DNA of 64,000 nucleotides from a virus (IMGVR_UViG_3300032287_003808:32001-96000), one strand, 5' to 3'. Positions 31,527 to 41,647 are shown, counted from the first letter of the stretch. Notes: generated from the letters alone by a model not told the origin. Program-made: numbers and translations.

Positions 31527-33380
31527 TTATAAAGGTACTACTTTTCCTTTAATATCTAACTCAGGGTATCTAACTTCAAAAATACTAGGGTCTAAAGAAG
31601 GGTATACAACTTGATTTTGGGTAGCTGCTGTTATATCATAAGCATATTGAGAATATCCCATCATAGTTCCTACTTTATTAGAAATAGCAATATTTTTAAC
31701 AGTTTGAACTCCTTTTATTTTATCTAAAAGTATATATAAATCTCTTAAAAATATAGGTTGATTAATTTGCCATTTATCACGAGCAAAATAATTTTGGACT
31801 GAAGTGATGCATGCCAAGATAACTTCGTTGTTGTTATATTCAGGTAAAACTATGATTTCAAAATTTACTCCTATATTAATAATATAAGCGTCTTTAATCT
31901 CAATAGAATCTCCTATTACTCTATATTGGGAAAGGTAAGTGCGAAGATTATTCTTTAATGTATTAGAGGCATAATCAAATTGACCTAAATTATTAAATGC
32001 TAAACAATAAAGATTTAAAGTTTCAATAGTTGAAACTTGTTCATCTGTTAATTGAGGTTGTTGAATATATGCTTTAGATAATGAACCATATATAGAAGGC
32101 ATACTTAAAGCTCTAACTAAATAATCATATGATGTTACAGATCTTTGTTGAGATGCTATAAGTGCTAAAGTATTTTGTCTAATTTGTTCTAAAGTATCTC
32201 CTGCTGATCCTCCAGAAGCTGCTTCTGGGTTTGATAAAGCTAAAGAAGAATTAATGTAATTAGCCGTTGTTGGGTTTAATCCTATAACATTAAAAGTATA
32301 TGCCGTTGGATCTATCTTAGTTAAAGAATTTGAAGGTAAATTTGAAGCAACTCCACCCCCTGTTAAATATCTAATGATTAAAGTAGTATTAGAAGGCGCT
32401 ATACCATAAGTATTAGTATATAAGAAATTAGTAGGAGAGTAAGCCGCAGTTAATTTATCCTGATAGAAGGGTAATCCTAATCCTACATTGTTAGGGTTAG
32501 GTGTTATTTCTTCATCATTATCTTGGGTTGTTCCTGAACCGAATTGGATAACTAGAGTGTTACGAGATGTGAATCGGGTAGTGAATCTTCTTTGGATTTT
32601 TTCTAGACGAAGTAAATAAGGTACTTGATTATTACTTACTGAGTTATTAGGGTCATTAATGTTAGTGTTAATAACAGGTTTATAAATCATTTCTTGTCCT
32701 AAATGATCTACTTCATACCATACATTTCCATCTGAATCTGTTATGTCAAGGATCCCTATTAAGTTAGGTTTATTAATCTCAATAGTTGAAAATTCTACAG
32801 GTTCATTAAAGGTTTGTGTAGTTGTATTTATTGTAGCGGATATAGCATTTCTTTGTTTTTTTAAAAGAAAGTATTGAGGGATAGTCCCTGCTATTTGATA
32901 TACAGAAATTTCTGTAGGGTCTTGAGAACTAGATATTGAGAAATCAATTTTATCTTGAGTTAAAAAAGATGTTCCATTTTGAGAACTAACTGTTGAATTT
33001 TCTCTTACAGTTAAGGCATAATCATAATCAGGTACATATTCACTACCAGAAAGCTTAGAAGGTAATTGTTGGTAAAAATTTAAAGTAACTTGAGCAACAC
33101 CCGTAGCTTTTGGTTTATATCCAAACATATAAGCCAACTCAAAGATGTTATTGGTTTGACGAGCATATTGAATAAAATTTTCTTGAAATTGATTATCAAG
33201 ATAAAAACTTAGAACATCACCAACATAAGCTGCTTGCTCCATAAATAACATCCCTGGGGATGCTGGGGAGAAGTCATTGTAAGTATTAGGGAAATAAGTC
33301 TTAGTATATTCAATTAATCGTTGTCTGAAATCATTGAAATCACGATTAATGTATTTGATGTCTCTGTTTACAGTCGCCAT
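31527..33380 (-). CDS. Baseplate wedge protein (gp6/baseplate J-like)
   Basis: RDFNDFRQRL...YNDFSPASPG...AYVGDVLSFYLD; IQFGSG; YLTGGG; ASGGS.GDT..QIR; QRSVT..DY. Confidence 0.9.
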   Translation of the reverse strand: MATVNRDIKYINRDFNDFRQRLIEYTKTYFPNTYNDFSPASPGMLFMEQAAYVGDVLSFYLDNQFQENFIQYARQTNNIFELAYMFGYKPKATGVAQVTLNFYQQLPSKLSGSEYVPDYDYALTVRENSTVSSQNGTSFLTQDKIDFSISSSQDPTEISVYQIAGTIPQYFLLKKQRNAISATINTTTQTFNEPVEFSTIEINKPNLIGILDITDSDGNVWYEVDHLGQEMIYKPVINTNINDPNNSVSNNQVPYLLRLEKIQRRFTTRFTSRNTLVIQFGSGTTQDNDEEITPNPNNVGLGLPFYQDKLTAAYSPTNFLYTNTYGIAPSNTTLIIRYLTGGGVASNLPSNSLTKIDPTAYTFNVIGLNPTTANYINSSLALSNPEAASGGSAGDTLEQIRQNTLALIASQQRSVTSYDYLVRALSMPSIYGSLSKAYIQQPQLTDEQVSTIETLNLYCLAFNNLGQFDYASNTLKNNLRTYLSQYRVIGDSIEIKDAYIINIGVNFEIIVLPEYNNNEVILACITSVQNYFARDKWQINQPIFLRDLYILLDKIKGVQTVKNIAISNKVGTMMGYSQYAYDITAATQNQVVYPSLDPSIFEVRYPELDIKGKVVPL

Positions 33381-33784
33381 TATAATTCTATTTCTATATT
33401 ATCAGTAATATTAGTATTTTTCACTGAGTAGGTTAAATTTATTTTTATAGTATTTTCGTCTTCAATAGAGGAGATTTCTAAAGATTTTACATCTACATTA
33501 GGGAAATAAAGAGTTATTTTATCTTTAACGTCTTGTAAAAGGAAATCTGTTTCTTGTTTAGTAATTTGTTCAAATATAAAAGCTCGTAGACCACCACCAA
33601 ATGTTGGATTTAAATATCTTTCCCCAGGGTTAGTTAAGAAGAAATTTATCAAATTATTCTTTATAGCATCTTTAGTTAAATAATTTGATTGGAAAACAGC
33701 AGGAGCATTAAAAGGGATATTTACTCCTACTGCTTTACTAGCATTTAGATCAATTGGATATATTTGTTGAGGATCAAAAGCCAT
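33380..33784 (-). CDS. Baseplate wedge protein gp25-like
   Basis: IKNNLINFFLTNPGERYLNPTFG. Confidence 0.92.
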   Translation of the reverse strand: MAFDPQQIYPIDLNASKAVGVNIPFNAPAVFQSNYLTKDAIKNNLINFFLTNPGERYLNPTFGGGLRAFIFEQITKQETDFLLQDVKDKITLYFPNVDVKSLEISSIEDENTIKINLTYSVKNTNITDNIEIEL

Positions 33785-34125
33785 TATTTATTATTTAATA
33801 ACCCCATGATTTGATTCATATCTACTTCTCCTACTCCTAAATTACCATTTATAGGGTCACTTACTTGTGGTCTAAAAGGTTGAACATCATTTGATGTGAA
33901 ACTTAAAGCAGTTTCCCCTAAAATATCAGCATATTTTGATCTCAAATCAATATTTGGGGTAAATGCAGGTTGAGAAGGTTGGATAGGGTTTGTTGTTGAA
34001 GAATATGATTCCCTAACTACTGTTTTAGGTGTTTTAACTGCTTCTAAAAGAATATCCTTTAATTCTTCTTGGATTACTTCTCTAACAGCTTCTTTAATTA
34101 TTTTTTTAAATTCTACACTTTTCAT
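33784..34125 (-). CDS. Hypothetical protein
   Basis: FKKIIKEAVREVIQEELKDILLE motif. Confidence 0.7.
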   Translation of the reverse strand: MKSVEFKKIIKEAVREVIQEELKDILLEAVKTPKTVVRESYSSTTNPIQPSQPAFTPNIDLRSKYADILGETALSFTSNDVQPFRPQVSDPINGNLGVGEVDMNQIMGLLNNK

Positions 34126-34143
34126 ATAATTATAAATATTTGG

Positions 34144-35724
34144 TTAATCAGCTTTTAAATCATTTTGTTGAATATAAAATACAAGTTCATCAATCAATAT
34201 TTGATCAATAGATGAGAATGACCATTCTCCTTTTAACATAACAACTCCTTTTTTATTTCTTGCTATAGCTCTTCTACGTTTTAAAGTTTGAGTAGTAATT
34301 TCAGTCTCAACACCCATTTCAAATCCATTAGCATTAGTTACAACTGGTGATAACTGGTTAGATTGCTGTTGGGTTAAAGCTGTTAGTTCTGCTGAAATTT
34401 GGTTTTGGTCTATATTTTCTCCTTGGGCACAGAATTGAGTTATAAGATCTAAGAAATTTAAAAATGAAAGAACTTGAGTTAATACTTCAACTAACAATCC
34501 TAATATAGTAGATAAAGCCCCACTTCCTTGTTTTAATTTTCCTATATTATTATTCAAGAATGTTTTAACATCTTGTACCGTGTTAATTACAGAAATAGGA
34601 ATACCTACACCACCTATAGCAGTTGGGGTAGGTAGTACTTTTAATACTTGAAAAACAGTATCTATCGTTTGAATTGTAGTGTCAGTTACTTGAAGAGTTT
34701 GTGTTGTTCCATTAATTGTATTAAGTACTTTATTTAATTGGTTTACTAATTTATTTTTTAAAGCTATAATTTTTACTAAAGCATCTTGAAACGGACATAC
34801 TATTTGTTGTTTAATATTATCGGTTAATTGTCCTCCATTAGCTTCAACTTCTGCTATTAATTCTTGAATTTTAGCTAGCCCATATTGAGCTACCATGTTT
34901 AAAATTAAAGGTATAACTAATTTTTTTAGTTCACTTATACTTAAATTAAGTTGTTTTTGAATATGAAATTCAAAAGTTAAGTCTACAGTAGCGTATTTTT
35001 CTACTTCAGCATCTTTAAAAGTTAAAAGTTCAGTTATTTCTTGTATTAAATTTGATTCTAAAGGTTGAAGAGTAACAATTCCTAAATCAGCTTTAACATC
35101 TTTTGTAGATGTATAAGGTGTTAATTTAAGAGGAGCAAATTTATTTTTTGAAATATTTATTTCAAATTTTTTAGGATCTAATCCAGTATTTAAAACATCA
35201 GGTACTTTTACTTCAAACTCTCCTTTAGCATTAGTCCTTGAAGGTTTTTTAAGTGGGCTTATTACTCTAGCTCCTTTTATAGGTTCGTTTGTAGTAGAAT
35301 CTACTATAACACCTTTTACTGGTTTTAATTTAAGTTTTTTAGGTAGTTCTGGTAATTGGGGAGGAGTTTCACTTCCTGAAATTGGTATATTTGGGAGAGA
35401 TAAATCTGCTATGTTAAGACCTAATACACTAAGAATAGTAGCAATATCTATATCTATGGGGTTAGTATTTTTATCTGTTACACCCAACTCATCTAATGAT
35501 GGGTAAAATTGTTGAGTAATTGTACTAAAGAAACCAAGCGTTTGGGCTTTAAATTTTAATTCTGCTTCAATTCCTTTCTTTGGTTTTCCTGTATAATCTA
35601 TCCCATCAATAAAAGCCACATAATCTGAAGCGTATGTTATCTGTTCTATTAATTCTTTATTATAGTATACTTCAGCTACCCAGAGCCCATCAGATTTTTT
35701 AATATCAAATTTATATGGACCCAT
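34144..35724 (-). CDS. Virion protein with carboxypeptidase-regulatory-like domain
   Basis: VKGVIVDSTTNEPIKGARV...TNAKGEF. Confidence 0.65.
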   Translation of the reverse strand: MGPYKFDIKKSDGLWVAEVYYNKELIEQITYASDYVAFIDGIDYTGKPKKGIEAELKFKAQTLGFFSTITQQFYPSLDELGVTDKNTNPIDIDIATILSVLGLNIADLSLPNIPISGSETPPQLPELPKKLKLKPVKGVIVDSTTNEPIKGARVISPLKKPSRTNAKGEFEVKVPDVLNTGLDPKKFEINISKNKFAPLKLTPYTSTKDVKADLGIVTLQPLESNLIQEITELLTFKDAEVEKYATVDLTFEFHIQKQLNLSISELKKLVIPLILNMVAQYGLAKIQELIAEVEANGGQLTDNIKQQIVCPFQDALVKIIALKNKLVNQLNKVLNTINGTTQTLQVTDTTIQTIDTVFQVLKVLPTPTAIGGVGIPISVINTVQDVKTFLNNNIGKLKQGSGALSTILGLLVEVLTQVLSFLNFLDLITQFCAQGENIDQNQISAELTALTQQQSNQLSPVVTNANGFEMGVETEITTQTLKRRRAIARNKKGVVMLKGEWSFSSIDQILIDELVFYIQQNDLKAD

Positions 35725-36983
35725 TATTGAACTTTTGTAGTTTTAGATTTAAGACTATTATCATTTAATTGAGAAACAATATCTCCTAGTACTATTAAAA
35801 CATTACCTGCTACAGCATTATACCCGGTTTGTAAAGCTCCTCCAGGCCAATTTTTTTCAACTTCTAATATTGTAGCTAAATCCTTAACTGCTTTAGTTAA
35901 TTGTTTTAATAGCTCAATTGTAGTATCACCTTTTAAGACAGGTTCCGTAGCATTTTTAGATCCTAATTTTATATCATTTGAACTAACATAAAAGGATTTT
36001 GAATCCATATTTACACTACCATTAGTAGACATTCCTATAGATTGTTGAGAACTTAATAAAATACTATCTGTTTTAGCATTAATAACAACTCTATTAGAAT
36101 TTAATACTATTTGAGGTTGAGTGAATAAACTAGGTGTTACTGGAGGTGTAGTGTATGAATTATATAATTCACTAGCTACTTTAAAATCTTTTAAACGTTG
36201 GAATGAAGTTAGATAAATTGATGATAAGTCATTTCTTATATCTTCAGTAACCGGTAGCCATCCTTCAGATGAAGCCCTTGGAGATTGGCCGTTTCTAATA
36301 ATCATAATAGGGTCACCATTACTACCATTATCAGACCAATTATTTTTATATATACTTTTAGATTTAGCAGTATTACCTATTCTAATACTGTTTCCAAATC
36401 TTCCTTCATATATAGTATCTCCAGCAAATGGTAATAAAGGATGTATATTAGATTTTTCAACAAAAGTATCTTGACTAGGACTTAAAGGACTATTTAAATT
36501 AATTGTTATTTCTTCATCTTGAACTCTTTTTTCAAAACCGGCTGATACTTGATCGTATGATAAGTTTTGAGATGGGGCTTGTTGGGTGTATAAAGATGAT
36601 GGGAGAGCATTATGGTGTGGGTGCCTCCAAGTATTTATAGAATTTAAATAATAATATTCATTTTTTTCTCCCCCTTTTGATATAACAGGGGCAGGTAATT
36701 GAAAACAAACTACTACTTCATTTATTAAAGGAAATGATTTTATATTAGGAAATAAAGGTTTAGCAATTTTAGTAGTGCCTGAATTTCCTTTTTCTATAAG
36801 GATAAAAAATATAGTTCCTAAAGAGTCCCATTCTCCTAATCTAGGGAATTGAGGGTGGTTTTCATCTAATATGATATCTGTGACTCTACCAGCTACATAA
36901 GCTAGATTTTTAGGTACTACACTTTTATTATTAGTAGGTTGGAGATTTTGTATAGCCCCGGTAAGTCCTAATCTATTAATCAT
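35724..36983 (-). CDS. Baseplate hub/spike protein (gp5/gpV-like)
   Basis: AKPL...FPLINEVV OB-fold; GDTIYEGRFGNSIRIG; beta-helix; IKLGS.NATEPVLKGD. Confidence 0.75.
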   Translation of the reverse strand: MINRLGLTGAIQNLQPTNNKSVVPKNLAYVAGRVTDIILDENHPQFPRLGEWDSLGTIFFILIEKGNSGTTKIAKPLFPNIKSFPLINEVVVCFQLPAPVISKGGEKNEYYYLNSINTWRHPHHNALPSSLYTQQAPSQNLSYDQVSAGFEKRVQDEEITINLNSPLSPSQDTFVEKSNIHPLLPFAGDTIYEGRFGNSIRIGNTAKSKSIYKNNWSDNGSNGDPIMIIRNGQSPRASSEGWLPVTEDIRNDLSSIYLTSFQRLKDFKVASELYNSYTTPPVTPSLFTQPQIVLNSNRVVINAKTDSILLSSQQSIGMSTNGSVNMDSKSFYVSSNDIKLGSKNATEPVLKGDTTIELLKQLTKAVKDLATILEVEKNWPGGALQTGYNAVAGNVLIVLGDIVSQLNDNSLKSKTTKVQ

Positions 36984-37320
36984 CTTTAGAAGAATTAAAG
37001 TTTTTGACTTCAGCTAATAATTGAGCTTTTTCTTCTTCAGTCATTCCAAAATTACTATCATCAGAAGTTTCAGAGTTTAAAGCTCTTTGAACAATAGTAG
37101 CCATTTTAATAAGCTGCTCATCATTTTTAATACCTAACTCCATGTATTCCTTAATTAAAGGAACTATTAATGTAGCATCACCTATATCATTAATAAGTGG
37201 TTTAAGCTCACTTATAAGAGCAGATATTTGTTCTTCTTTCTTTTTTTGGTTTTGATATATCTCTTGAAATATATCTGAAAGTTTTTTCTTTCCGAATATG
37301 TTTTTGTCTAAACTACCCAT
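36976..37320 (-). CDS. Helical hypothetical protein
   Basis: ORF with late motif at 37333. Confidence 0.75.
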   Translation of the reverse strand: MGSLDKNIFGKKKLSDIFQEIYQNQKKKEEQISALISELKPLINDIGDATLIVPLIKEYMELGIKNDEQLIKMATIVQRALNSETSDDSNFGMTEEEKAQLLAEVKNFNSSKDD

Positions 37321-37356
37321 AGGATATTTTGTTATAAATATTAAGTGGTAGTTTTT

Positions 37357-38052
37357 TTAAAAATCAATATAGTCATTTTCTAAATAGAAAACATAATGCT
37401 CCTTAAATATTTTTTGAAGTACCGTTACAATTTTAGTTATTTTAGGAGTTTTAACATCTATCATCTCATGTATGTAGATATAAAGAGCTTTTTTATTAAA
37501 TAAATCTATATTATCTCTTTTTCTAAAAATTTCTAACACAGCATCAGCTATCTGAGCATCATTTCCTTTAGGGAATATTTTATAAAGATTAAGCGATACA
37601 TGATCTACATATGAATCTATAAAACTAGATAATCTATCTTTTTGAGGATTACTTTCAAGGACATAAGAATGTTTTTCATCATGAATTATATCCTCTACAG
37701 GGGACGAAGATATTTTTTTATTATAATTCTTATCATTATAAAGAATCAACCAACGTTTAACTATAGTACCAAAATATGAATACGCTTTGGCTCCATTGTG
37801 TGGGTTAAAAAGATGAATTTTAGAGAGCAAGAAGATAATAATCTCATGTTGAAGATGCTCCAAATTTTCTACTTCAGTATGATAGAACTTAAATGTATGA
37901 ATTATATTTTGAGTTAATTTGAAGAAAGCATAATGTATTTCTTCCTCATATATCTTATTTCGCTCTATCACATCAGAAGTGCTATTGTATCTAACAATAG
38001 CATCTTCCGTTTCTTGAGTAAAATATCTTCTTTTTTCTCGTTTTTTTTTCAT
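37357..38052 (-). CDS. Late sigma factor (T4 gp55-like)
   Basis: YFTQETE...FFKLTQNI...KIHLFNP..GAKAYSYFGTIVKR, sigma region 2 pattern without region 4. Confidence 0.75.
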   Translation of the reverse strand: MKKKREKRRYFTQETEDAIVRYNSTSDVIERNKIYEEEIHYAFFKLTQNIIHTFKFYHTEVENLEHLQHEIIIFLLSKIHLFNPHNGAKAYSYFGTIVKRWLILYNDKNYNKKISSSPVEDIIHDEKHSYVLESNPQKDRLSSFIDSYVDHVSLNLYKIFPKGNDAQIADAVLEIFRKRDNIDLFNKKALYIYIHEMIDVKTPKITKIVTVLQKIFKEHYVFYLENDYIDF

Positions 38053-38336
38053 TCTTGCTTTATTCGAATTACTTTGAATTCATTTAATATATCTTGTATT
38101 TGTTGGACTGATTTGAAAAAGAAGCCTATCTCATCATCGGATTTAAAAGTTCCTTTATTATCAATTTCTTTAAGTTTTTGATCTGATGCTTCTACTACTC
38201 TAGATAGTCTATCTAAGTATGCGAGGTATTCCATTAAAACATCTTCTGCTTTTTCTTGTTTCCTCAAAAGGTTAAAAGTTGAAAACCCTAGAATTACAAC
38301 TAATACCGACAATATACATATTACAACTACTAACAT
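38049..38336 (-). CDS. Membrane-anchored hypothetical protein
   Basis: N-terminal TM; FKSDDEIGFFF. Confidence 0.75.
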   Translation of the reverse strand: MLVVVICILSVLVVILGFSTFNLLRKQEKAEDVLMEYLAYLDRLSRVVEASDQKLKEIDNKGTFKSDDEIGFFFKSVQQIQDILNEFKVIRIKQE

Positions 38337-38338
38337 AA

Positions 38339-39133
38339 TTACAAACTATTTAACATATTTTTTAAACTATCACTCTTAATTGAACTTAACGCTTTGGTTT
38401 TAGTTGGAGTTTTCTTTGGAGTGTCTTGTTGTGTCCCCAATGTAAAATTTCCTTTTTTACTATCCACGGATTTCTTACCTTCTTTTAACTTAGGTAGCCA
38501 TTCACGTTCAAACTCAATACGTGACGCCATTAAATCGGCTTGATGTAGAATATAAGGTAAACTAGTTCTTGGTTTTTGTCCTGGGGTAAATGAGATAAAG
38601 TATTTTTTATTAGCTTCATCATACAAGCCATCATGAGTTTGGATAGCAATCATCTCATTAAATGTATATTGAATACCATGAGATTGAAGTAAATATAAGC
38701 CTCTATCTGGTACTGAAGCAAATGGTACGCGCTCATTAAACATATAATCCTCTCCTAGTTTATCTCGGCGCCATTGATCTGTTTGAGGTAAATATGACTC
38801 TTCATCTTCTGAGCCTAGTTTACCTAAATCATGATTTAAAGCTGAGAATACTAATTCTTCAAGAGTAAAAGTAGATGTATCGCATCCTTCTTCATCCCAT
38901 AATTCAGCTTGCTTAATAGCACATCTAATAACTCGTAAAACATGTTCTACATACCCTCCAGGGAAAGCATTATGATACTCTTTTTTATGTGATGCAGGCA
39001 TCAACATTAAACGATCAGAATACTGTTCATAAAATTCTAATAATTTTTCTTTACGAGGAGATGAAATATGCTTATCAATGTAAGACATCAAGTCACCCCA
39101 ATTTGCTTGGATTTGTTCTGCTGTTAGATTCAT
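38339..39133 (-). CDS. HD-domain phosphohydrolase (YhaM-like)
   Basis: PAS...YHNAFPGGYVEH...LNHDLGK...HDG...LHQAD. Confidence 0.9.
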   Translation of the reverse strand: MNLTAEQIQANWGDLMSYIDKHISSPRKEKLLEFYEQYSDRLMLMPASHKKEYHNAFPGGYVEHVLRVIRCAIKQAELWDEEGCDTSTFTLEELVFSALNHDLGKLGSEDEESYLPQTDQWRRDKLGEDYMFNERVPFASVPDRGLYLLQSHGIQYTFNEMIAIQTHDGLYDEANKKYFISFTPGQKPRTSLPYILHQADLMASRIEFEREWLPKLKEGKKSVDSKKGNFTLGTQQDTPKKTPTKTKALSSIKSDSLKNMLNSL

Positions 39134-39151
39134 AACTTATTTGGTTTTTGA

Positions 39152-39349
39152 TTAATTTTCTCTTTCAACAATATTTTGAAGATCATCTAATAACTCATGA
39201 AGTTGTTTCATAGCATCAGAAATTTCTTCTTTTGTTCCGGTGCCCATAGTCTGTCTTAAAACTCTAAGGCGTGCTTGTAAGGATTGAATCCTTCTCAAAG
39301 CTAATTCTTTATTTCTCATATGATTATTTATTATAACAGGGATGTTCAT
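39152..39349 (-). CDS. Small coiled-coil protein
   Basis: ORF; start probably MRNKE. Confidence 0.65.
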   Translation of the reverse strand: MNIPVIINNHMRNKELALRRIQSLQARLRVLRQTMGTGTKEEISDAMKQLHELLDDLQNIVEREN

Positions 39350-39440
39350 TACCCCACTTTCTACTAACTGTCTTTCTTTCTGTCTATTTTATGTCTTACT
39401 ACTTGTCTTTCTTTTAACCCGTATAGCCAACATACGTAAC

Positions 39441-39878
39441 TTAATCTTCAATAGCCAAGCAATTTTGAACAAAATCTTGAATCTTTTTTAAAAAGGCGCA
39501 CTTTTCATATTCTTCTTGTTCTTCAAAATAATGCATACATAATTTAACAGCGGTTAAAAGGTTTTCATTAGACGCTATTTCTAAATCTTTTACCCATTGT
39601 CCATCATTCCAATCTACCTGGCTAATCCAAAACCATGCTCTATTATACATCATAAACTCTCCAGCTAAATCAACTTGGATCATATCTAGGCTTTCATCAG
39701 CTTGGCTAAAGAAGTTTATAATAGACTTTTTAAAAAGTAAACCATTAAGGATAAGTCTTTCAAAAACCTTAATTTTATAAATAGGGCTTTCTTTAAAACT
39801 CTCTAAGTTCTTACTAAGCACCTCACCATCATCATCAGAGGTGGGGTTAAAGTAGTTAAAAAATTTATTTAAATCCAT
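39441..39878 (-). CDS. Protein with C-terminal UVR (UvrB/C) motif
   Basis: FEEQEEYEKCAFLKK. Confidence 0.7.
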   Translation of the reverse strand: MDLNKFFNYFNPTSDDDGEVLSKNLESFKESPIYKIKVFERLILNGLLFKKSIINFFSQADESLDMIQVDLAGEFMMYNRAWFWISQVDWNDGQWVKDLEIASNENLLTAVKLCMHYFEEQEEYEKCAFLKKIQDFVQNCLAIED

Positions 39879-40011
39879 TATATTAAAATTAGTTTAAAGA
39901 ACTTAATCTATATCTTATTTACTTGATTTCGCCATAAAATAGCCTATAACCCTAATCTAAATCCTAATATCCGTATATACGACCTAGTATGTGTAGGTTT
40001 GTTGATAAATA

Positions 40012-40497
40012 TTATAAGTACCTTTGTCCCAACAATGTAATGGCTGTTTTGGCTTCCTCCACGGATATTTGAAAAAACTCTCTATCGTTATTTATCCTAT
40101 AACCTTTTAAATACCTATGAAGCTCAATTTCTAAAGCGTGTGCATTAAAGCATCTAAACGCATATACAACACTAAACTCCAAAGGCACGCCAGTTGATCG
40201 AGAAATTTGTTTAGCACGTTTATCCGGCGTCTTATCAGTAAATCCTATTTTAACCAAATTAGGCATAGTCTTATTTGTCAAAATGTAGATCCATGAGTCA
40301 CCTTCACCTTCCCTATTTTGATACAGATCTTTTTTTCTAGCTGTATAATAAGTTACGTTATCCCATTCTGGGTCTTCTTCATTTGGTGTTAGGGTAAAGA
40401 ATGCTGGTTCTGATCCTGTGAAGTCTTCTGATACTGGGATATAATTGTGTGCTTCGGATTCACTAATACGTTTCATACTAGTTTGGGTATTTTTCAT
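40012..40497 (-). CDS. GIY-YIG / T5orf172-domain protein
   Basis: WIYILTN..MPNLVKIGFT...RAKQISRSTGVP...E..LH...REFF. Confidence 0.9.
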   Translation of the reverse strand: MKNTQTSMKRISESEAHNYIPVSEDFTGSEPAFFTLTPNEEDPEWDNVTYYTARKKDLYQNREGEGDSWIYILTNKTMPNLVKIGFTDKTPDKRAKQISRSTGVPLEFSVVYAFRCFNAHALEIELHRYLKGYRINNDREFFQISVEEAKTAITLLGQRYL

Positions 40498-40750
40498 AAT
40501 ACTCCTCTTCCGTCATATAAATTGCTTCGTTAACTCGTTTTGTAAGTTCCTTAATGCTACGTTTTCTAGCGTTGACAAAAGTTAGAAACAAACTAGCTGA
40601 AATTATTAAGAACGAAATAATGTCCATGTCTACAATTTCTATTACGGCTAGTATTGATTCTACTACACCTGTAAACATTAATGTGATGATTACGAAATCA
40701 ATTACTCGGATTTCTTTTTCTAGTTGCTGTGCTTTTTCCTTGTTACTCAT
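40478..40750 (-). CDS. Two-TM membrane protein
   Basis: Two hydrophobic segments; GGTCATG leader. Confidence 0.7.
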   Translation of the reverse strand: MSNKEKAQQLEKEIRVIDFVIITLMFTGVVESILAVIEIVDMDIISFLIISASLFLTFVNARKRSIKELTKRVNEAIYMTEEEYYEKYPN

Positions 40751-40799
40751 GACCTTTATTTTTTAATTATTAATTTCTTTGAATATATGAAACTAATTT

Positions 40800-41088
40800 A
40801 GTATATACAAATATACTTGGTCAAAAGGTGAAATTTTTTTAAAGATCTCTTTTTGTGGGTTTTTGGGTTTTATCCATTTTTGCAATTTTGGAATCATGGG
40901 GTATATTCTTTGGGTGGTATATAATTATATATTTATCGATGGGTAAAAGTTGTTTTCGCTCTATAAATCCATCACATTCCTTCCCGTATACCCATACCCC
41001 GTACATTGACCGTAACGCGTACGGGGGATATACATACCTAGTACGTACCATATATGTACCATATACCGTATGCGGTGAGACTACGGAA
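40800..41088. other. Non-coding structured boundary region
   Basis: Local G/C skew flip near 40960; inverted repeat CCCCGTAC/GTACGGGG (40997-41026); short (G)TACCATAT repeats. Confidence 0.45.
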
Positions 41089-41108
41089 GTGGGTCCTTGC
41101 GGACCCAC
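41089..41108 (-). terminator. GNRA-capped hairpin ending the small-gene array
   Basis: GTGGGTCC-GCAA-GGACCCAC; U-tract weak. Confidence 0.6.
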
Positions 41109-41127
41109 CTTTATTAGAAGCGCTAAA

Positions 41128-41352
41128 CTACCATCTCGTCACTTGGTCATCATTGTTTTTGGTTGTCATGTATTCCGCATACGGGTCTTCACAGTTCTCA
41201 ATCGCTCTAACTATGTCACTTTTCAAATACGCAGCGTCCATCACGCTTAACTTACTTGTGTCGTAACCCATCGCCTTCAAGAAATCCATTACTGCGATGA
41301 ACTGATCCATTACGTTCACATCTACACCATCAAGTTTTTTCAAATTTTTCAT
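41128..41352 (-). CDS. Small hypothetical protein
   Basis: Own promoter and GGTTATG leader. Confidence 0.8.
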   Translation of the reverse strand: MKNLKKLDGVDVNVMDQFIAVMDFLKAMGYDTSKLSVMDAAYLKSDIVRAIENCEDPYAEYMTTKNNDDQVTRW

Positions 41353-41394
41353 AACCGCTATTTTTAATTATACTTTAATATACGTAATTCAATT

Positions 41395-41607
41395 TCAGAG
41401 TCTGTATCCCAACATATAATTGCCAATGTAACTATCTAAACTTGTTCCGCGGCAAATGTCATACCCTGTTTCCGCCTTGTCGTTATCACGTTTCGCATAC
41501 TCTTCTAACGCGGTGTACACTTCAGGTATCAATATTTTCTTCCACCCTGACAACTGTTCTGCTTGGATTCTCATTCCGTCCACTACTGTAAAAACTTTTC
41601 TTTCCAT
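41395..41607 (-). CDS. Small hypothetical protein
   Basis: Own promoter and leader. Confidence 0.8.
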   Translation of the reverse strand: MERKVFTVVDGMRIQAEQLSGWKKILIPEVYTALEEYAKRDNDKAETGYDICRGTSLDSYIGNYMLGYRL

Positions 41608-41647
41608 AACCGTTTCTTTAAATATACTTTAATATACGTAACTGTCT

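Noticed and set aside
2615-40013. T4 late promoter TATAAATA acting on the + strand
   Set aside because: The copies sit just upstream of minus-strand starts, so the functional reading is AATATTTAT on the minus strand.
40839-41266. ORFs 40839..41108, 40855..41250 and 41054..41266
   Set aside because: They cross hairpins and repeats, lack the leader motif and have atypical composition.
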